In this document: in pieces, positions 19,875 through 29,405 of the stretch
How positions within the stretch are numbered: position 1 is the first letter of the stretch
Layout of the letters: every line of letters starts with the position of its first letter
DNA from: an uncultured Atopobium sp.
GTDB taxonomy: Bacteria; Actinomycetota; Coriobacteriia; Coriobacteriales; Atopobiaceae
Length of the DNA: 64,000 bases
Direction of reading: 5' to 3'
NCBI GenBank assembly: GCA_937997345.1
Contig: CALKTD010000009.1
Span: 66,493 to 130,492 of the forward strand
The notes under the pieces: generated by a model
Database searches by the model: none
Seen by the model: the letters and a program-made list of their open reading frames with translations, nothing else
What the model was told of the DNA's origin: nothing
Made by a program: the position numbers and the translations under genes

Positions 19875-22448
19875 GTGGAAAACGAGGAAGTACAGAACGT
19901 ATCCGATACAGGTGATTTTCCTGCCTACGACGCTGAAGCTATTGAAACTAAGTGGCAGCGTGTCTGGGAAGAGCAGAATCTTTATAAGACAGAAGAGGAC
20001 AGCTCAAGGCCTAAAAAATACGTTCTAGAGATGTTCCCTTATCCTTCGGGCGATCTTCACATGGGCCATGCTCGTAACTATACCATTGGCGATGCTATGG
20101 CTCGTCAGGCTCGTATGCGTGGCTTTGACGTTTTGCATCCAATGGGCTTTGATGCCTTTGGCCTTCCTGCAGAAAACGCTGCTATTAAGCACAATACCCA
20201 GCCTTCTGTGTGGACTCATAAGAATATTGACCAGGCTGTAAAGACCATGTTCCGCATGGGCTTTGCCTATGACAAAGACCGCATGTTTAACACGTGTGAC
20301 CCTGAGTACTACAAGTGGGGTCAGTGGATCTTTCTCAAGATGCTTGAAAAGGGCCTGGTATATCGTGCAACAAGCCCTGTTAACTGGTGTCCTAACGATA
20401 AAACTGTTCTTGCAAACGAGCAGGTAGTTAACGGTAAGTGCTGGCGCTGTGGCGCGGTTCCAGAGAAGCGTGAGCTCTCTCAGTGGTACCTGCGCATCAC
20501 TGATTACGCTCAGGAGCTTCTTGATGACCTTGACCAGCTTGAGGGCTGGCCAGAGCGTGTTCGTGCCATGCAGGCAAACTGGATTGGACGCTCCGAGGGT
20601 GCAGAAATTGACTTTACCCTGGCAGATACCGATGGTGTCACGCCAACCGATACCAAGATGACCGTCTTCACTACGCGTGCAGATACCATCTATGGCTGCA
20701 CCTTCATGCTTCTTCCACCAGAGTCCAAGCTTGCTGCTGAGCTGGTAGGGGATTCTGAGTACAAGGCTGCCTTTGACGCTCTTCACGAGGAGGCCGTAAA
20801 GGTTTCTTCCATTGATCGTCAGGGTACAGACCGCGAGAAACACGGTGTATTCACTGGCCGTTACGCAATTAACCCCGTTACCAGACAGACCGTACCAATT
20901 TGGGTTGCTGACTACGTCCTTCTTGACTATGGTACTGGCGCCGTTATGGGTGTTCCATCAGGCGATAAGCGCGACTTTGACTTTGCTAAGAAGTATGACC
21001 TGCCTATTGTTCCTATCATTTGCGAAGAGGGAACTGATATCTATGATGAGCTCAAGGGAGTTTCTGATTACAAGGTAACCTCTGTTGACTGGGATGGACC
21101 AATGGATACCGTTGGCATTCTTGTCCAGTCCGGTCCTTTCACTGGACTTCGTGGTGGTAAGCATTCAGAGGCAGAAGAGGCAGTTGTTGCTTATCTAACT
21201 GAGCACAACGTTGGTCGCAGAACTGTTCAGTTCCGCCTTCGTGACTGGCTCATCTCAAGGCAGCGTTATTGGGGCAATCCAATTCCAATGATTCATTGCG
21301 ATTGCTGCGGTGACGTCCCAGTTCCTTATGACCAGCTCCCTGTTACGCTTCCAGATAATCTTGATCTGGCGGCAGGTGATACTCTTGCTGAGTGCAAGGA
21401 GTTTGTAGAGACCACCTGTCCTAAGTGCGGTAAGCCCGCTCAGCGTATCACTGATACCATGGACACTTTCACTTGCTCTAGCTGGTATTATCTGCGCTAT
21501 TGCGATCCACACAACACCAAGCTTCCTTTCTCTAAGGAGTCAGTGGACCGCTGGATGCCGGTAGATAACTACATTGGCGGCATTGAGCACGCAATTCTGC
21601 ACCTGTTGTATTCTCGATTCTTTACTAAGGTCCTTCGTGACCTGGGCATGATTGATATTGACGAGCCATTTAAGAACCTGATGACCCAGGGCATGGTCAA
21701 GGATGAGCACGGCGACACCATGTCAAAGTCAAAGGGTAACGTTGTACCTCCAAGCTCTGTCATTGAGCCTTACGGTGCAGATACTATGCGCCTTGCCATT
21801 CTCTTTGTTGCTCCACCAGAGAAGGATTTTGACTGGGACGAGAAGGTTGTTGCAGGTGCAAACCGCTTTATCAAGCGTGCGTGGCGTGTAGTTTGGGAGC
21901 TTTCTCGCACCGCTGATGCTTCTGCCGTACTCGACCACACAGCTTTGGATGCAAAGTCGCTTGAGCTCAACCGCGTCCTCAACGCTATGGGAATCCGCTG
22001 CACCACCGAGTTTGACAAGGGCCAGTTCAATACTGCCATTTCTGCAGTCATGGAGCTGGTTAATGCGGCAAGCGCCTACATCAACGAGGTTCCTGCAGAG
22101 TCCAGAGATGCTGCACTTTGCTACAAGGTTGCAAATGATGTTGTTGCCATGCTGGCTCCAATCATTCCTCACTGGGCAGAGGAGCTCAGCCACGAGGCTC
22201 TGGGTAAAGACACGCCTGTCTATCACCAGCCTTGGCCAGAGTTTGACCCAGAGCAGGCAAAGAGTAATACCGTTGAAATTGCTGTTCAGCTTAAGGGTAA
22301 GGTCCGCGCTCGCATTGAGGTCTCTGCCGATGCTTCTGAGGAAGAGCTCACTGCAGCTGCAACTGAAGCAATTGCCGACCAGCTTGAGGGTAAAGAGATT
22401 AGAAAAGTCATTGTTGTTAAGGGCCGACTTGTGAATATCGTTGCCTAA
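19875..22448 (+). CDS. leuS: Leucine--tRNA ligase
   Basis: HIGH-type motif [14 protein letters not shown] and KMSKS-type motif TMSKSKGN. I prefer the GTG at 19875, which has an AAAGGGG RBS 5 nt upstream and lies downstream of the hairpin. The ORF track starts at 19812. Confidence 0.93.
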   Translation: MENEEVQNVSDTGDFPAYDAEAIETKWQRVWEEQNLYKTEEDSSRPKKYVLEMFPYPSGDLHMGHARNYTIGDAMARQARMRGFDVLHPMGFDAFGLPAENAAIKHNTQPSVWTHKNIDQAVKTMFRMGFAYDKDRMFNTCDPEYYKWGQWIFLKMLEKGLVYRATSPVNWCPNDKTVLANEQVVNGKCWRCGAVPEKRELSQWYLRITDYAQELLDDLDQLEGWPERVRAMQANWIGRSEGAEIDFTLADTDGVTPTDTKMTVFTTRADTIYGCTFMLLPPESKLAAELVGDSEYKAAFDALHEEAVKVSSIDRQGTDREKHGVFTGRYAINPVTRQTVPIWVADYVLLDYGTGAVMGVPSGDKRDFDFAKKYDLPIVPIICEEGTDIYDELKGVSDYKVTSVDWDGPMDTVGILVQSGPFTGLRGGKHSEAEEAVVAYLTEHNVGRRTVQFRLRDWLISRQRYWGNPIPMIHCDCCGDVPVPYDQLPVTLPDNLDLAAGDTLAECKEFVETTCPKCGKPAQRITDTMDTFTCSSWYYLRYCDPHNTKLPFSKESVDRWMPVDNYIGGIEHAILHLLYSRFFTKVLRDLGMIDIDEPFKNLMTQGMVKDEHGDTMSKSKGNVVPPSSVIEPYGADTMRLAILFVAPPEKDFDWDEKVVAGANRFIKRAWRVVWELSRTADASAVLDHTALDAKSLELNRVLNAMGIRCTTEFDKGQFNTAISAVMELVNAASAYINEVPAESRDAALCYKVANDVVAMLAPIIPHWAEELSHEALGKDTPVYHQPWPEFDPEQAKSNTVEIAVQLKGKVRARIEVSADASEEELTAAATEAIADQLEGKEIRKVIVVKGRLVNIVA

Positions 22449-22460
22449 CAGCAAAAACAC

Positions 22461-22489
22461 TTGACGAGAAGCCCTTTATCTCGTAAGAT
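22461..22489 (+). promoter_or_regulatory. Sigma-70-type promoter for the rimP-nusA-infB operon
   Basis: TTGACG, a 17-nt spacer, then TAAGAT. It begins 13 nt after the leuS stop. Confidence 0.5.
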
Positions 22490-22515
22490 ATCTCTAAACG
22501 TAGTTGTTATTAGTT

Positions 22516-22552
22516 GGAAGTGGGGTTGAGTTTTGACCCCGCTTCCTTTCTG
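22516..22552 (+). terminator. Terminator-like hairpin in the rimP-nusA leader (candidate attenuator)
   Basis: GGAAGTGGGGT-tgagttttg-ACCCCGCTTCC forms an 11-bp stem with one G-U pair, followed by TTTCTGT. It sits between the promoter and the rimP RBS. Confidence 0.4.
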
Positions 22553-22572
22553 TATGTAGATGAGGAGGTCAA

Positions 22573-23067
22573 ATGCAAAACGAAGGTGCAACACAGAAAA
22601 TCTTGTCCGCACTAGAGCAGGCTGCACTCAATCACCACATTGATATTGTTGATGTTGAGATTGTTGGTTCTTCTAAGAATCCTGTGGTCAGAGTAAGAAT
22701 TGACCATGATGATGAGACAGCAGAGACTATTTCTCTTGATGAAGTTGCTCAAGAAACATCATGGATCTCAGAGACCATAGATGAGCTTGATCCATTCCCA
22801 GCATCATTTACCTTGGAGGTTTCTTCTCCAGGAATGGCCCGTCCGCTTCGCCGCGCAAAAGACTTTGAGCGCTTTGCAGGGGAAGAGATTCAGCTTCAGA
22901 CTACCGCCACAGAGGGACGCCGTAAATTTACCGGCAAACTCTTGGGCATTGAGGGTACAACTATCTCAATCCAGACAGAAGATGAGGTCTGTACCGTTGA
23001 TTTGTCTGAGTTAAAGAAGTGCGTTATTAAACCAGTTTTTGATTTCTCGGCCTCAGCCAAGAAGTAG
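22573..23067 (+). CDS. rimP: Ribosome maturation factor RimP
   Basis: 164 aa with a LEVSSPGMARPL motif and a GGAGG RBS. It occupies the conserved position upstream of nusA. Confidence 0.9.
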   Translation: MQNEGATQKILSALEQAALNHHIDIVDVEIVGSSKNPVVRVRIDHDDETAETISLDEVAQETSWISETIDELDPFPASFTLEVSSPGMARPLRRAKDFERFAGEEIQLQTTATEGRRKFTGKLLGIEGTTISIQTEDEVCTVDLSELKKCVIKPVFDFSASAKK

Positions 23068-23083
23068 ATAGAGAGGATTATTC

Positions 23084-24325
23084 ATGGCATCTGAAATGAT
23101 GGAAGCTTTGATGTTGCTTTGCCAGGAGAAGCACATCGATGAGTTGTATCTTCTGGACCGTTTGGAGCAGTCTCTGGCAAAAAGCTATGCTGACGTCCTC
23201 CATCTTGATTTTGGCGCCCGTGTCACCATTGATAGGGCTACTGGTCGTGTCTACGTCTATGAGCTTGTCCCTAAGGGTGAGCCAGATGAGGAGACTGGTG
23301 AGTACACTGAGTTTGACGAGGTAGACGTAACTCCTCCAGATACCAGCCGTATTGCTGCACAGCATGCTAAGGCAGAGATTAAGACCCTTGTGCGCAATGC
23401 CGCCCGTGCTCAGATTTATGATGAGTTCCGTGGCCGCATTGGTGACATCATCACAGGTACTGTTCTTCAGTCCACTCCTGATTTCACCATCATTAAGATT
23501 CGTGAGGGTGTTGAGGCAGAGCTTCCACACTTTGATCAGCGCCGTTTCCCTGATGAGCGCGATGAGCGTCCAGCAGGCGAGCGTTACCTTCACAACCAGC
23601 GCATTAAGGCAATTATCGTAGACGTTCGTGATCCTAATGCAACTCAGCCAGCAGTTCGTGGTGAGCGTCAGCGTCCACCAATTGTTGTTTCTCGTACCCA
23701 TCCAGATCTTATCCGTCGTCTCTTTGAGCTTGAGGTTCCAGAGGTTTATGACGGTGTTGTAAGCATCCGCTCTATTGCTCGTGAGGCTGGCGTCCGTTCC
23801 AAGATTGCTGTTTCTTCCGTTGACGAGCGCCTTGATCCAGTTGGTGCTTGCGTTGGTCCTAAGGGCAGCCGTGTTCGCACCGTAGTTTCTGAGCTCCGTG
23901 GAGAGCGCGTTGACGTTGTGCCTTGGTTTGATGACGCCGCTCGTTGCGTTGCGTCTGCACTTTCACCTGCACGCGTTTCTCGCGTTATTGTTGATGGCGC
24001 TACGGGACACGCAACTGTTATTGTTCCTGATGATCAGCTGTCTTTGGCAATTGGTAAAGAGGGCCAGAATGCTCGCCTTGCTGCTCGCCTAACTGGTCTT
24101 CACATTGACATCAAGAACGAATCCCTTGCTGCAAGCATTCTGAACAATTTTCCTGAGGTTGTTGAAGAGACTGTTGACGAGGAAGAGATTGTTCATCGTT
24201 GCAAGTATGTAAGCCCTAATGGAACTCCTTGCCGCAATATGGCAAGACCTGGTTCTGATTTCTGTGGCATTCATGATGACATGGAGAATGCAGAGATTTC
24301 TTCTGATCCAGACTCACTGATCTAG
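23084..24325 (+). CDS. nusA: Transcription termination/antitermination factor NusA, with an extra Cys/His-containing C-terminal tail
   Basis: NTD, S1 domain (GDIITGTVLQ) and KH1/KH2 (GPKGSRVRTV, AIGKEGQNARLAARLTG). The tail reads HRCKYVSPNGTPCRNMARPGSDFCGIH. Confidence 0.95.
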   Translation: MASEMMEALMLLCQEKHIDELYLLDRLEQSLAKSYADVLHLDFGARVTIDRATGRVYVYELVPKGEPDEETGEYTEFDEVDVTPPDTSRIAAQHAKAEIKTLVRNAARAQIYDEFRGRIGDIITGTVLQSTPDFTIIKIREGVEAELPHFDQRRFPDERDERPAGERYLHNQRIKAIIVDVRDPNATQPAVRGERQRPPIVVSRTHPDLIRRLFELEVPEVYDGVVSIRSIAREAGVRSKIAVSSVDERLDPVGACVGPKGSRVRTVVSELRGERVDVVPWFDDAARCVASALSPARVSRVIVDGATGHATVIVPDDQLSLAIGKEGQNARLAARLTGLHIDIKNESLAASILNNFPEVVEETVDEEEIVHRCKYVSPNGTPCRNMARPGSDFCGIHDDMENAEISSDPDSLI

Positions 24326-24368
24326 TCAACTACCTGTAACTATCCCGTCAACCGGAAGGTTTTCATAT

Positions 24369-27008
24369 ATGGCAAAAATGCGTGTACATGACCTTGCCAA
24401 AGAATATGGTATGCAGAGCAAGGAATTGCTTGAGCACCTTGCGGACATGAAGATTCCTGCAAAGTCTGCTTCTTCTACGCTTGAAGATGCATATATTTCT
24501 ATTGTTCGTAAGAAACTCCAGCCTATTATGGAGGCTCGTGCCGCTGAAATTGCAGCTCAGAAGGCTGCTGAGGAAGAGGCTGCTGCCAAAGAGGCAAAGG
24601 CTGCTGCAGAGGCAGCAGAGGCTGAGCGACTTGCTGCAGAGGCAAGGCGTGAGGCTGAGCGTGCAGAGGAAGAGAAGAAGCGCGCAAAAGAGGAGGCTGC
24701 TCGCAAGAAAGAAGAGGAGCGCCGCCGCGCTGAGGAAGAGAAGAAGCGTCTTGAGGCTGAAGAGGCCGAGCGTAACCGCGTAAAGGATACCGCTCCTAAG
24801 GCTGCTCCTTCTTTTAATAACCTACTTGACCAGATTGCTCAGCAGGAAGAGGTCTTAAAGCAGCAGGCAGCGGAGTCCGCTGCTCAGAAGAAGGCTGAGA
24901 AGGGACCTAGAAACCACGCTCGCGCTAATGCAAGCGAGGCAAGTGGCGCTCCTTCTCGTCATAACTTCAAGAATGAGCGCGATGACGCTTCCATGTCTGA
25001 TGAGCGTCCAAACGGCAAGCGCAAGAAGAATCGTCGCGGTGGAGATGACGGAGAAGACCGTTATAGCCGCATGGCACGTGAGGCTGAGGCTTACAACAGA
25101 AGTCGCGTTTTAGATGAGGCTCGCGTTGCTATTGAAGAGGCAAGCCGTGAGTCCACTGGCCGCCGTAAAAAGCGTAAAGAGCGTCGTCAGAAGCAGGCTG
25201 CAGAGGCTGCTATGGAGCAGCGTATTGAGGAAGCACTTGCAAACGACCAGGATATTTCCCAGCTTGATACTGTAAAGGTCCCTCAGGGTTCTACTGTCTC
25301 TGAACTTGCTGAACTTCTTGGTGTTCCTGCAAATGACATTATTAAGCGCCTGTTCCTGCTTGGCAATCCTCTGACGCTTACCGAGACCATGTCTGATGAG
25401 CTTATTGAGATTGTTGCTGATGACCTTGGCCGCCAGATTAAGATCATGTCCAAGGAGGAGGAGAACTCCTTCACCTTCTACGATGATCCTAAGGATTTGA
25501 AGCCACGTCCTCCAGTAGTTACCGTCATGGGTCACGTTGACCACGGTAAGACATCGCTTCTGGACGCAATCCGTCACACTGGCGTTGCAGCTGGCGAGGC
25601 TGGCGGCATTACTCAGGCAATCGGTGCTTCTCAGGTCACCATTAACGGCCGTGAGATTACCTTCATTGATACCCCAGGTCACGAGACCTTTACCGCAATG
25701 CGTGCTCGTGGTGCAAAGGTCACCGATATTGTCATCTTGATTGTTGCTGCAGACGACGGTGTTATGCCTCAGACCATTGAGTCTATCAACCACGCAAAGG
25801 CTGCTGGTGTTCCAATTGTTGTCGCAGTCAACAAGATTGATAAGCCAGGCGCAGATCCTACCCGTGTTCGTCAGGAGCTCACCGAGTACGGCGTTATTCC
25901 TGAGGAGTGGGGCGGACAGAACATGTTTGTTGACATTTCTGCCAAGCAGAACTTGGGCATCGATGATCTTCTTGAGACTATTCTTTTGCAGGCAGATGTC
26001 CTTGAGCTCAAGGCTAACCCAGACACCTTTGCGTCTGGTAACGTTCTTGAGGCTAAGCTTGACCGTGGTCGCGGCTCTGTTGCTACTGTTCTGGTCACAC
26101 GCGGTACACTCCACATTGGCGACGCTCTTGTTGCTGGTATGGCATTTGGACGCGTCCGCGCAATGCTTGATCCTAAGGGCAACGCAGTTACTACCGCTGG
26201 TCCTTCTGATGCAGTTGAGATTCTTGGTCTGCAAACCGTTCCTGGCGCAGGCGATGAGTTCCGCGTCTTCCAGGAGGAGCGCGACGCTCGTGAGCTTGCT
26301 GATCAGCGCGCCCTTAAGGCTCGTATTGAAGAGCAGAACCGTGTTAAGCACGTTACCCTTGAGAACCTCTTTGACACCATGGCTGACCGTGACGTCAAAG
26401 AACTCAACCTCATCATCAAGGCTGACGTTCAGGGCTCCATCGAGGCTCTCCAGGATTCCCTGGACAAGATGGACCAGTCCGAGGTTCGTATCAGCACCAT
26501 CCACTCTGCTGTTGGTGGCATTACCGAGACAGACGTTGTTCTCGCTGACGCATCCAACGCAATTATCATTGGCTTTGGCGTCCGTCCAGATGCAAAGGCT
26601 AAGCTTGCTGCAGAGCGCGTAGGTGTTGAGATTAGAACGTATAGCGTTATCTACAAGGCAATCGAAGAGATTGACGCAGCTCGTATTGGTATGCTTAAGC
26701 CAACTGAGCAGGAAGTCCAGACTGGTGTTGCTGAAGTTCGCGATACCTTCAAGGTACCTAAGGTTGGTATTGCTGCCGGCTGCATGATTTCTGAGGGTGA
26801 GATTTCCCGCGACGATAACATCCGCCTCATCCGTGACGGCTTTGTTGTCTACGATGGAAAGATTGCATCGCTCAGGCGCTTCAAAGATGACGTTAAGAGC
26901 GTTAAATCCGGCTACGAATGCGGTATTGGCCTTGAGAACTTCCAGGACATCAAGCCTGGCGACCAGCTCGAGGGCTATCGCATTGAGCAGGTGGCTCGTA
27001 CCGAGTAA
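24369..27008 (+). CDS. infB: Translation initiation factor IF-2
   Basis: GTPase motifs GHVDHGKTSLLD, DTPGHETF and NKIDK, with a low-complexity Ala/Glu/Lys/Arg N-terminal region. Confidence 0.97.
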   Translation: MAKMRVHDLAKEYGMQSKELLEHLADMKIPAKSASSTLEDAYISIVRKKLQPIMEARAAEIAAQKAAEEEAAAKEAKAAAEAAEAERLAAEARREAERAEEEKKRAKEEAARKKEEERRRAEEEKKRLEAEEAERNRVKDTAPKAAPSFNNLLDQIAQQEEVLKQQAAESAAQKKAEKGPRNHARANASEASGAPSRHNFKNERDDASMSDERPNGKRKKNRRGGDDGEDRYSRMAREAEAYNRSRVLDEARVAIEEASRESTGRRKKRKERRQKQAAEAAMEQRIEEALANDQDISQLDTVKVPQGSTVSELAELLGVPANDIIKRLFLLGNPLTLTETMSDELIEIVADDLGRQIKIMSKEEENSFTFYDDPKDLKPRPPVVTVMGHVDHGKTSLLDAIRHTGVAAGEAGGITQAIGASQVTINGREITFIDTPGHETFTAMRARGAKVTDIVILIVAADDGVMPQTIESINHAKAAGVPIVVAVNKIDKPGADPTRVRQELTEYGVIPEEWGGQNMFVDISAKQNLGIDDLLETILLQADVLELKANPDTFASGNVLEAKLDRGRGSVATVLVTRGTLHIGDALVAGMAFGRVRAMLDPKGNAVTTAGPSDAVEILGLQTVPGAGDEFRVFQEERDARELADQRALKARIEEQNRVKHVTLENLFDTMADRDVKELNLIIKADVQGSIEALQDSLDKMDQSEVRISTIHSAVGGITETDVVLADASNAIIIGFGVRPDAKAKLAAERVGVEIRTYSVIYKAIEEIDAARIGMLKPTEQEVQTGVAEVRDTFKVPKVGIAAGCMISEGEISRDDNIRLIRDGFVVYDGKIASLRRFKDDVKSVKSGYECGIGLENFQDIKPGDQLEGYRIEQVARTE

Positions 27009-27019
27009 GAAGGGACAGC

Positions 27020-27430
27020 ATGAAACAGAATCAGTTTTCTCGTCGTACTAATGAGATTGCTCGAGAAAAGCTCAGCTGGATCCTTTTGTTTGAAATTTCC
27101 GACCCTGATCTCCAGCTTGTGACTGTCACAAGCTGCGAGGTCTCGGTTGATAAGTCCTTTATGCGTGCCTATGTAAGCTGTGAGCCTGATCGCTACGATA
27201 AGGTCCTTGCAGCCCTTAAGCGTGCTAAGGGTAGGATTCGCTCGCTTTTGGGACATGCGCTGAACTGGCGTATAACTCCTGAGCTTGATTTCAAAATTGA
27301 TACTACTACCGATGAGGCTGAGCGTATTGCTCAGGCACTTGAGGTTGTTCCACCAACGCTTGGTGTTGAGAAAGACGAGTTTGGATACCCTCTAGCTTCT
27401 GATGAAGAGAATTCTGACGAGGAGGCGTAA
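27020..27430 (+). CDS. rbfA: Ribosome-binding factor A
   Basis: 136 aa, RbfA-like, with an acidic tail. It occupies the conserved position after infB. Confidence 0.88.
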   Translation: MKQNQFSRRTNEIAREKLSWILLFEISDPDLQLVTVTSCEVSVDKSFMRAYVSCEPDRYDKVLAALKRAKGRIRSLLGHALNWRITPELDFKIDTTTDEAERIAQALEVVPPTLGVEKDEFGYPLASDEENSDEEA

Positions 27431-27434
27431 GTAA

Positions 27435-28454
27435 GTGACGTCACTGAATACAAAAGTCAGTCGTCCAGAGTTTGACGAGGTTATAGCTCTGATTGAGCAG
27501 GCCTCGTCAATCGTTGTTTGCGCGCATACTTCTCCTGATGGAGATGCGATTGGCTCTGGATTAGCACTTTCTTCCATTATTCAGAGAAGATGGCCTAGCA
27601 AAACTGTCACCAATCTTTTGGCAGATGCTGATGGAGAAGTACCACGCATTTACAAGTTTCTTGATGGTACTGAGAGCTTTGTCCCTGCAAATAAGTACGA
27701 GGGAACTCCAGATCTTTTTATCTGCGTAGATCTTTCTACTGCAGGTCGTTTGGCTGATGCAGAAGCGCTGATGGAGCGCTCCAAGACAGTAGCAGTGCTT
27801 GACCATCACCCCTATAACAACGTGTATTGGAATGCGGGACTTGTGCGTCCTGATGCGGCGGCAACTGGCGTCATTATCACCGAGTTTGCCTGCCATTTAG
27901 GTGCAGAGCTTATTCCATCTGAAGCACAGTGCCTTATGTGCGCACTGGTAACTGATACTGGCCGTTTCCAGTACCAAAACGCTGACGGCGAGGCTTTTGA
28001 GGTTGCAAGTCTGCTGGTGGAAGCAGGCGCTTCTCCATCTCAGATTGCGCTTCATGTCTACCAGAGTGATCGCTTGGCCTATCTTCACCTTGCCGCAAAG
28101 GTTATGGGTCGTATTCGCACCTTTGGTGAGGGTCGCGTTGCCTACAGCTATGTTACTACCGCAGATCTTTCTGCATCAGGTGTTCCTCTAGCAGAGATGG
28201 ATGGCCTGGTAGATGTTGTGCGCTGTGTTGAGGGAACTGAAATTGCCCTTTTCCTCAAAGAGGTTGACGGCGGAAAAGTTCGTGGCAATTTGCGTTCCAA
28301 ATCTCAGCTAGATATTTCTGGCGTAGCTCGTCAAATGGGTGGCGGCGGACACACTGCTGCCGCAGGCTTTACCGCTGAAGGCACCATTGACGATGTGTTT
28401 ACCCAGATAGTCCCTCTGCTCATCGATCTTCTCGCCCTTGACAAGGAGTCATAG
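27435..28454 (+). CDS. nrnA: DHH/DHHA1 phosphoesterase (NrnA-like oligoribonuclease / pAp phosphatase)
   Basis: Motifs HTSPDGDAIGS, a DHH motif (LDHHP) and DHHA1 MGGGGHTAAAG. GTG start. Confidence 0.8.
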   Translation: MTSLNTKVSRPEFDEVIALIEQASSIVVCAHTSPDGDAIGSGLALSSIIQRRWPSKTVTNLLADADGEVPRIYKFLDGTESFVPANKYEGTPDLFICVDLSTAGRLADAEALMERSKTVAVLDHHPYNNVYWNAGLVRPDAAATGVIITEFACHLGAELIPSEAQCLMCALVTDTGRFQYQNADGEAFEVASLLVEAGASPSQIALHVYQSDRLAYLHLAAKVMGRIRTFGEGRVAYSYVTTADLSASGVPLAEMDGLVDVVRCVEGTEIALFLKEVDGGKVRGNLRSKSQLDISGVARQMGGGGHTAAAGFTAEGTIDDVFTQIVPLLIDLLALDKES

Positions 28455-29396
28455 GTGAAGCGAGGAGCTAGTGGAATTAACGCACTTATTGCTGTTGACA
28501 AACCGCTTGGGCTGACCAGCCATGACGTGGTTTCTCGCGTTCGCCGTGCATTTGGCGAGAAACGCGTGGGACACGCAGGCACCTTGGATCCTAATGCAAG
28601 TGGCGTGCTGGTAGTGGGCATTGGACTTGCTACAAAGCTTTTGGGCCTCCTGACACTTGACCGTAAGGGATATGTAGCCGACATTTCGTTTGGGGCTCGT
28701 ACCTCAACCGATGATGCAGACGGTCAGGTCGTAGCCACTGCTGCTGTCCCAGAAAATCTGTGCGATGAAGAGTTTGCTCGCACTGCATGCGCAAAACTAG
28801 TGGGTACGGTAGACCAGCTTCCACCTGCAGTTTCTGCAATCTCAGTTGATGGCAAACGTGCATATCAGCTTGTTCGTGAAGGTAAGACGCCAGAGCTTGC
28901 ATCTCGTAGAGTCTCTATTTACGACGCTACTCTTTTGGCAGTGCGCAAACCTTCTACTACGGATGAATCACTGGTATGGACGGTTGCGTTTGACGTTTCA
29001 AAAGGCACCTACATTAGAAGTATTGCTCGAGACCTTGGTCAGTCTCTTGGAACAGAGGCTCATATTAGTGGCCTGAGAAGGACGTTTTCTGGTCCAATCA
29101 CGCTCGGTAGCTGCGCTTTATTAGAAGAGCTTGAACAAAGCCCAGCTCAGATGCTTGAAGCTAAACGCCTCAATCCAACTGAGGTTCTGGGATACCCTGT
29201 GCACAGGTTGACTGCAGCAGAATACAAGTGTGTTGAGGTTGGAAAACGTTTTGGTATTCCAGAAGATCTCTCTGAGATTGCTCATAACTCGCTGGTCAGC
29301 CTTGTGTGGAATGAAGCTCTCGTAGGAATTTGGACAAGGCAGGGCTCCTGCCTTGTCTGTCAGACTAACTTCTCTCAAGGTATTTTGTGTAAGTAA
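28455..29396 (+). CDS. truB: tRNA pseudouridine(55) synthase TruB
   Basis: Catalytic motif GHAGTLDPNASGVLVVG and SVDGKRAYQLVREG. Confidence 0.93.
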   Translation: MKRGASGINALIAVDKPLGLTSHDVVSRVRRAFGEKRVGHAGTLDPNASGVLVVGIGLATKLLGLLTLDRKGYVADISFGARTSTDDADGQVVATAAVPENLCDEEFARTACAKLVGTVDQLPPAVSAISVDGKRAYQLVREGKTPELASRRVSIYDATLLAVRKPSTTDESLVWTVAFDVSKGTYIRSIARDLGQSLGTEAHISGLRRTFSGPITLGSCALLEELEQSPAQMLEAKRLNPTEVLGYPVHRLTAAEYKCVEVGKRFGIPEDLSEIAHNSLVSLVWNEALVGIWTRQGSCLVCQTNFSQGILCK

Positions 29397-29405
29397 GGAT
29401 GCACG

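Noticed and set aside
24481-24783. Tandem-repeat-like DNA in the 5' part of infB.
   Set aside because: It reflects the Ala/Glu/Lys/Arg low-complexity N-terminal region common in IF-2. It is in frame and is not an independent repeat element.
25110-26504. A 464-aa ORF antisense to infB. Similar long antisense or alternate-frame ORFs occur at 11790-12668, 20025-20843, 21729-22460, 23078-23701, 25741-26622, 29121-29786, 45419-46162 and 48611-49135.
   Set aside because: All lie entirely inside strongly supported conserved genes. Their translations are low-complexity or odd in composition (rich in Leu, Ser, Arg, Cys and Asn) and lack recognisable motifs and RBSs. They are typical shadow ORFs.
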